The translations under genes and the position numbers were made by a program. The notes below the pieces were generated by a model that was not told the origin of the DNA, did no database searches, and saw nothing but the letters and a program-made list of their open reading frames with translations. A stretch of 64,000 nt of DNA. Origin: Aquificaceae bacterium (lineage in GTDB: Bacteria > Aquificota > Aquificia > Aquificales > Aquificaceae). Shown piece by piece: positions 59,463 to 64,000 of the stretch. The stretch spans positions 14,703-78,702 of the forward strand of contig JAXSMZ010000004.1 of the NCBI GenBank assembly GCA_037924335.1, in the 5' to 3' direction. The stretch's first letter is position 1. Every line of letters begins with the position of its first letter.

Positions 59463-60740
59463 TCAAACCACATTGTAAGCATTCTCCCCATGTTGAGTCT
59501 TATCGAGTCCCTGCAACTCTTCTTCATGGTTCACCCTTAAGCCTATCAGTGCCTTGATCACTAAAAGTATTAGGAGGGTAGCAACCGCATCGTATACTAT
59601 GGTTGTGCCCACAGCTATGAGCTGGATGATGACCTGTCCAGGATTACCATAAAGCAAACCCTTACCAGCATCGTTAATGGATGGGTCTGCAAACACACCA
59701 GTGAGCAAAGCACCTAAGCATCCTGCCACACCATGAATACCAAAAACATCAAGGGCATCATCGTAACCTATCCTGTGTTTAATGACAGCTACCATGAAAT
59801 AGGGAATTATGCCTGCTAAGAGCCCTATTATGATGGACCCTATAACATTAACAAAACCAGCAGCCGGTGTTATAGCAACAAGGCCAGCCACAGCTCCCGA
59901 AGCCAAACCGAGAATTGTTGGCTTCTTTGCATGCAACCATTCGGTAAACATCCAAGACAGCGCTGCCATGGCAGTAGCAGTATTTGTGTTAATGAAGGCT
60001 GCAGAGGCAAGGCCGCTAGAGGCCAAAGCAGAACCTGCATTAAAACCAAACCATCCAAACCATAGAAGACCTGTCCCTATTACCACTAAGGGTAAGTTGC
60101 TCGGTATAAGTGTAGCCTCTTTACGCTTACCTAAAAGCAGAGCACCTACAAGGCCAGCAATACCAGCGTTTATGTGGACAACTGTCCCACCTGCAAAATC
60201 AAGGGCTCCGAGCTTCATGAGAAAACCACCACCCCATACCCAGTGGGCTATGGGAACATAAACCAAACTCATCCACAGTATGGAAAACAAAACCCATACG
60301 GAGAATTTCATTCTCTCTATGTAAGAACCGCTTATGAGAGCCACAGTTATGGCCGCAAAGGTGAGCTGGAAAACTACAAAGATGAATTCTGGTATTGTCC
60401 CTTGAAGACTTTTAACCCCTACTCCATTCAGCAGAAGCTTTGAGGGATCCCCTATTATACCGCCTACATCTGTGTTGAAGGCTAAAGTGTAGCCATAGAG
60501 AACCCAAAGCACAGATACTAGGCAATAAGTTACAAAGGACATGGCTATTGTGTTGAGGGTATCCTTTTTCTTTGCCATGCCTCCGTAAAACAAGGCAAGT
60601 CCAGGAAGTGTCATAAGCATGACAAAGGCTGTTGCAACGATCATCCAGGCTGTATCGCCTGTGTCTAACTTGGGAGCCTGCTCCTGTGCAAAAGACAGGC
60701 TTACAAAAAGGAATGGTATAATACTACCTACACGACGCAT
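59463..60740 (-). CDS. amtB: Ammonium transporter
   Basis: DTAW, DFAGGTVVH, WFGWFGFNAGS and DDALDVFGIHG. Confidence 0.96.
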   Translation of the reverse strand: MRRVGSIIPFLFVSLSFAQEQAPKLDTGDTAWMIVATAFVMLMTLPGLALFYGGMAKKKDTLNTIAMSFVTYCLVSVLWVLYGYTLAFNTDVGGIIGDPSKLLLNGVGVKSLQGTIPEFIFVVFQLTFAAITVALISGSYIERMKFSVWVLFSILWMSLVYVPIAHWVWGGGFLMKLGALDFAGGTVVHINAGIAGLVGALLLGKRKEATLIPSNLPLVVIGTGLLWFGWFGFNAGSALASSGLASAAFINTNTATAMAALSWMFTEWLHAKKPTILGLASGAVAGLVAITPAAGFVNVIGSIIIGLLAGIIPYFMVAVIKHRIGYDDALDVFGIHGVAGCLGALLTGVFADPSINDAGKGLLYGNPGQVIIQLIAVGTTIVYDAVATLLILLVIKALIGLRVNHEEELQGLDKTQHGENAYNVV

Positions 60741-60754
60741 CCTAATCCTCCTTT

Positions 60755-60780
60755 GCCCAGCCCTTGGCGGAGGGCCGGGC
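60755..60780 (-). promoter_or_regulatory. Intercistronic hairpin between glnA and amtB
   Basis: GCCCGGCCCT...AGGGCTGGGC stem with no U tract. Confidence 0.45.
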
Positions 60781-60793
60781 ATCTTTAAATTAT

Positions 60794-62203
60794 TTACACA
60801 TCAAAATAAAGTTCAAACTCCTTAGGGTGAGGTATAAACCTTATCTCGTCTATCTCTTTACGCTTTGATTCTATCCAAAGCTGGATTATCTCTTCGGTGA
60901 ACACGTTACCCTTCAGGAGAAACTCATAGTCGTTCTCCAAAGCCTTTAGAGATTCTTCTAAAGAGCCTGGAAGTTGGGGTATATCCTTTAGCTCCTCTGG
61001 TGGCAGTGAGTATATGTCCTTGTCAAAAGGTTCTCCAGGATGAACCCTGTTTTCTATCCCATCTATTGCAGCCATCAGTATAGCAGAAAAGGCAAGATAT
61101 GGATTGCATGTAGGGTCTGGGAACCTTATCTCTATTCTCTTCGCCTTTGGAGACGGTGAATACATAGGTATCCTTATACCGGCTGACCTGTTCCTAGCAG
61201 AGTAGGCAAGCCTTACCGGTGCCTCAAACCCTGGGACAAGCCTATGGTAAGAGTTTATAGTTGGGTTTGTAAAGGCTGTTAAGGCAGGTCCATGCTTTAG
61301 AATACCCCCTATGGCAAAAAGGCAGACCTCAGAAACTCCAGCATACTCAGAGCCTGCAAAGAGATTTTGCCCTTCTTTCCATATGGAAAAATGGGTATGC
61401 ATTCCAGAACCGTTATCGTTAGGAAGGACTTTTGGCATAAAGGTGGCAAACTTTCCATATTTATTTGCTACCATACGTACTATGTACTTGTAAAGAAAGA
61501 GCTTATCCGCTTGGTTTACTAAAGAGTCGTACCTTATGTCTATCTCCCCTTGGCCGGCTGTCGCAACTTCGTGGTGGTGTAGTTCTACAACTATACCAAG
61601 CTGAGACATTATAGAAACCATCTCATTCCTAAGATGATGGACCTTGTCTAAGGGAGGTGCTGGGAAGTATCCCCTTTTGTGGGGTATTTTGTAGCCAGAG
61701 GATGTTATCTCTCTGTTCCACCAACCCTCCTCAGAGTCTACCTTCCAAAAGGCATAGTTGGCGCTTGTTCCAAACTCAACAGAATCAAAGATAAAGAACT
61801 CTGCCTCAGGACCATAATAGGCTACGTCTCCTATTCCAGTCTGTTTCAGATACTGCTCTGCCTTCTTGGCCATGTAACGGGTGTCCCTGCCGTACCTCTC
61901 CCTAGTGATAGGGTCGTAAATATCGCATATCATCACGAGCGTCTTGGGCTCTATGAATGGGTCTATAAAGGCTGTGGTTGGGTCTGGAAAGGCCAACATG
62001 TCTGATTCATGAATGGACTGCCATCCTCTTATGGAAGAACCGTCAAAGCCTCTCCCATTTTCAAAAGTATCCAAGGATAGCTCATAGGCTGGTATGGTAA
62101 GGTGTTGCCACTGACCAAAGAGGTCAGAAAACCTCAGATCCACATACTGGATCCCTTCCTGCTCAATTAAGCTGAGTACCTCGTTTGGAGAATACTTAGG
62201 CAT
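60794..62203 (-). CDS. glnA: Glutamine synthetase type I
   Basis: FDGSSIRGW, HHHEVA, NGSGMHTH and RNRSA; adenylylation Tyr in DIYSL. Confidence 0.98.
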   Translation of the reverse strand: MPKYSPNEVLSLIEQEGIQYVDLRFSDLFGQWQHLTIPAYELSLDTFENGRGFDGSSIRGWQSIHESDMLAFPDPTTAFIDPFIEPKTLVMICDIYDPITRERYGRDTRYMAKKAEQYLKQTGIGDVAYYGPEAEFFIFDSVEFGTSANYAFWKVDSEEGWWNREITSSGYKIPHKRGYFPAPPLDKVHHLRNEMVSIMSQLGIVVELHHHEVATAGQGEIDIRYDSLVNQADKLFLYKYIVRMVANKYGKFATFMPKVLPNDNGSGMHTHFSIWKEGQNLFAGSEYAGVSEVCLFAIGGILKHGPALTAFTNPTINSYHRLVPGFEAPVRLAYSARNRSAGIRIPMYSPSPKAKRIEIRFPDPTCNPYLAFSAILMAAIDGIENRVHPGEPFDKDIYSLPPEELKDIPQLPGSLEESLKALENDYEFLLKGNVFTEEIIQLWIESKRKEIDEIRFIPHPKEFELYFDV

Positions 62204-62228
62204 ACTTTAACCTCCTTTTATAGATTTT

Positions 62229-62621
<393 letters not shown>

Positions 62622-62670
62622 CTAATGCTTTATTTTATTACTTTTCTCTTTGGAGTCATCCCCCCTGTTA

Positions 62671-62686
62671 TGTAAACTTGTTTACA
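62671..62686. promoter_or_regulatory. NifA-type upstream activator site
   Basis: Palindrome TGTAAAC-TT-GTTTACA, which fits TGT-N10-ACA, about 65-80 bp upstream of the sigma54 site. Confidence 0.6.
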
Positions 62687-62703
62687 ATTTTGTGAAATTG
62701 TGA

Positions 62704-63588
62704 TCATTCCTTTGGACAGTACCTAACTTCAACGGTAGCATGAACTATGTTGCCAACTTCCTCAATGCGCTTAAGATAGTCCTCAACAGAGTACTCTTCA
62801 CTTGTCATTATGCCTAAGATGCAGGCATAGCTATCGTGATAAACTCTTATGAGATGTATGTCGTAAACCCTGCTCGTCATATCAGATTCTATTCTTTTTA
62901 TAAGCCTTTGCACGATGGGTGCTTTCATCTCCCTGTCAAGGAGTATCCTTGATGTGTCCTTTATAAGGCTGTATGCCCAGCTCAGGATAACAAAAAAGCC
63001 CACTATACCAGAAAGTGGGTCAAGGTACCACATGCTTAGATACTTTCCACCCAGCAAAGCCCCTATAGCCAGAAGAGAAGTTAAAGCATCTGCCAAAACA
63101 TGAACATATGCAGAGAAGAGGTTAATATCTCTGTGATGCTCCTCTTCGTGGGAAAGGACAAAGGCGCTTACAAGGTTTACAAAAAGACCCATAAAAGCTA
63201 TTAGAAGTGCTTCCTCATACTCTATCTTCTCCCTTTTAAAAAATCTCATAAGAGCTTCCTGCAAAACCAAGAAGGACATAAAACCGAGTATAAGGGCGCT
63301 CGTGTAAGCTCCTAAAACTTCCACCTTCCATGTTCCAAAGGAGAAACTTCTGTCCCTTGCCCACTTGCGTGCAAGCACATATGCGCTTAAGGATATGCCA
63401 AAGGCTACTGCATGGGTCCCCATATGTATACCATCTGCAAGGACAGCAACAGATTTAAAGATATAACCAGCCACTATCTCAACGAACATGGTTGCGAACG
63501 TCAGCAGGAAGACAAGCAACACCCTTCGTTCAGCCTTCCTTTTAGGCATATAGAAAATGTGCTCGTGTTTACAGAAAGCTACGTCCAT
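62704..63588 (-). CDS. Cation diffusion facilitator (DmeF-like)
   Basis: ADGIHMGTH, FSFGTWKVE and AYVHVLADALTS. Confidence 0.9.
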   Translation of the reverse strand: MDVAFCKHEHIFYMPKRKAERRVLLVFLLTFATMFVEIVAGYIFKSVAVLADGIHMGTHAVAFGISLSAYVLARKWARDRSFSFGTWKVEVLGAYTSALILGFMSFLVLQEALMRFFKREKIEYEEALLIAFMGLFVNLVSAFVLSHEEEHHRDINLFSAYVHVLADALTSLLAIGALLGGKYLSMWYLDPLSGIVGFFVILSWAYSLIKDTSRILLDREMKAPIVQRLIKRIESDMTSRVYDIHLIRVYHDSYACILGIMTSEEYSVEDYLKRIEEVGNIVHATVEVRYCPKE

Positions 63589-63612
63589 GATAATAAGATA
63601 ATACTTAAATAA

Positions 63613-63957
63613 ACGCTGGGTGAGAAATTCAAGAAAGCACAGATACAAGCCTATCAATAAAAAGAGGCAGTAGGGCTATAATTATTAGTCCTACAACCCT
63701 TAGGAGGTTATAACATGGATATTTACTAACTTAATTAGCTTAACTTGAAAAGGACACAGAAGATAAAGAGGTATAGGAGAATAAGGCGAGGGAACAACGA
63801 CAGGTGGTGGAAGGTGTGATAAGTCAGATAAAGCTTTTTAATGCTGGCAGTGGATGGAGGACTTTAACTTGTGTGCTTGTGTATGTACATGCTTATGCTA
63901 TTTGATATAGCTATTACAGGAGGTGGGCTTGATAATGCCTAATTTCTCACCCGGCGT
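63613..63957 (+). mobile_element. Non-autonomous element with terminal inverted repeats and a DDE transposase remnant (IS982-like)
   Basis: 17-bp TIRs matching 16/17 (ACGCTGGGTGAGAAATT / AATTTCTCACCCGGCGT); RQVVEGVISQIK remnant; 23-bp flanking direct repeats. Confidence 0.8.
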
Positions 63958-63980
63958 ATAATAAGATAATACTTAAATAA

Positions 63981-64000
63981 GTATTAGAAACTAATCACTG
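63981..64000 (+). mobile_element. Left end of a third copy of the GTATTAGAAAC element (runs off the window)
   Basis: 20/20 identical to 40301-40320. Confidence 0.7.

Overview
Gene-dense chromosomal window from a thermophilic Aquificaceae-like bacterium, probably Hydrogenobacter-like. This is inferred from the split carB, the standalone MnmC2/MnmD, the pheT-6S RNA-ygfA-rny order and a group-2d-like hydrogenase. Housekeeping genes include purQ, carA, carB2, bioF, bioD, ispF, lysC, uppS, cdsA, groES/groEL, mnmA, pheT, rny, mutS, the sigma54-preceded glnB-glnA-amtB-porin operon, tRNA-Ser(GCT), tRNA-Phe(GAA) and 6S RNA. Energy and redox modules are a SorAB sulfite dehydrogenase, a pair of CydA-like membrane proteins (one with a c-heme), nuoG, a cytoplasmic NiFe hydrogenase with hyp genes, a divergent di-heme peroxidase and a family-1 encapsulin. 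Three accessory features stand out. (1) A four-gene operon (porin, di-heme lipoprotein, flavinylation-motif protein, internally duplicated membrane protein) sits behind a Fur-family-like operator. (2) Nested TnpB-element debris includes two ~170-bp ORF-less IS605-type mini-elements that keep both ends, a promoter and an omegaRNA-like scaffold, each inserted into the 3' end of another TnpB element. (3) A 345-bp element with terminal inverted repeats is flanked by an unusually long 23-bp direct repeat. All assignments come from reading motifs by eye; no searches were run.
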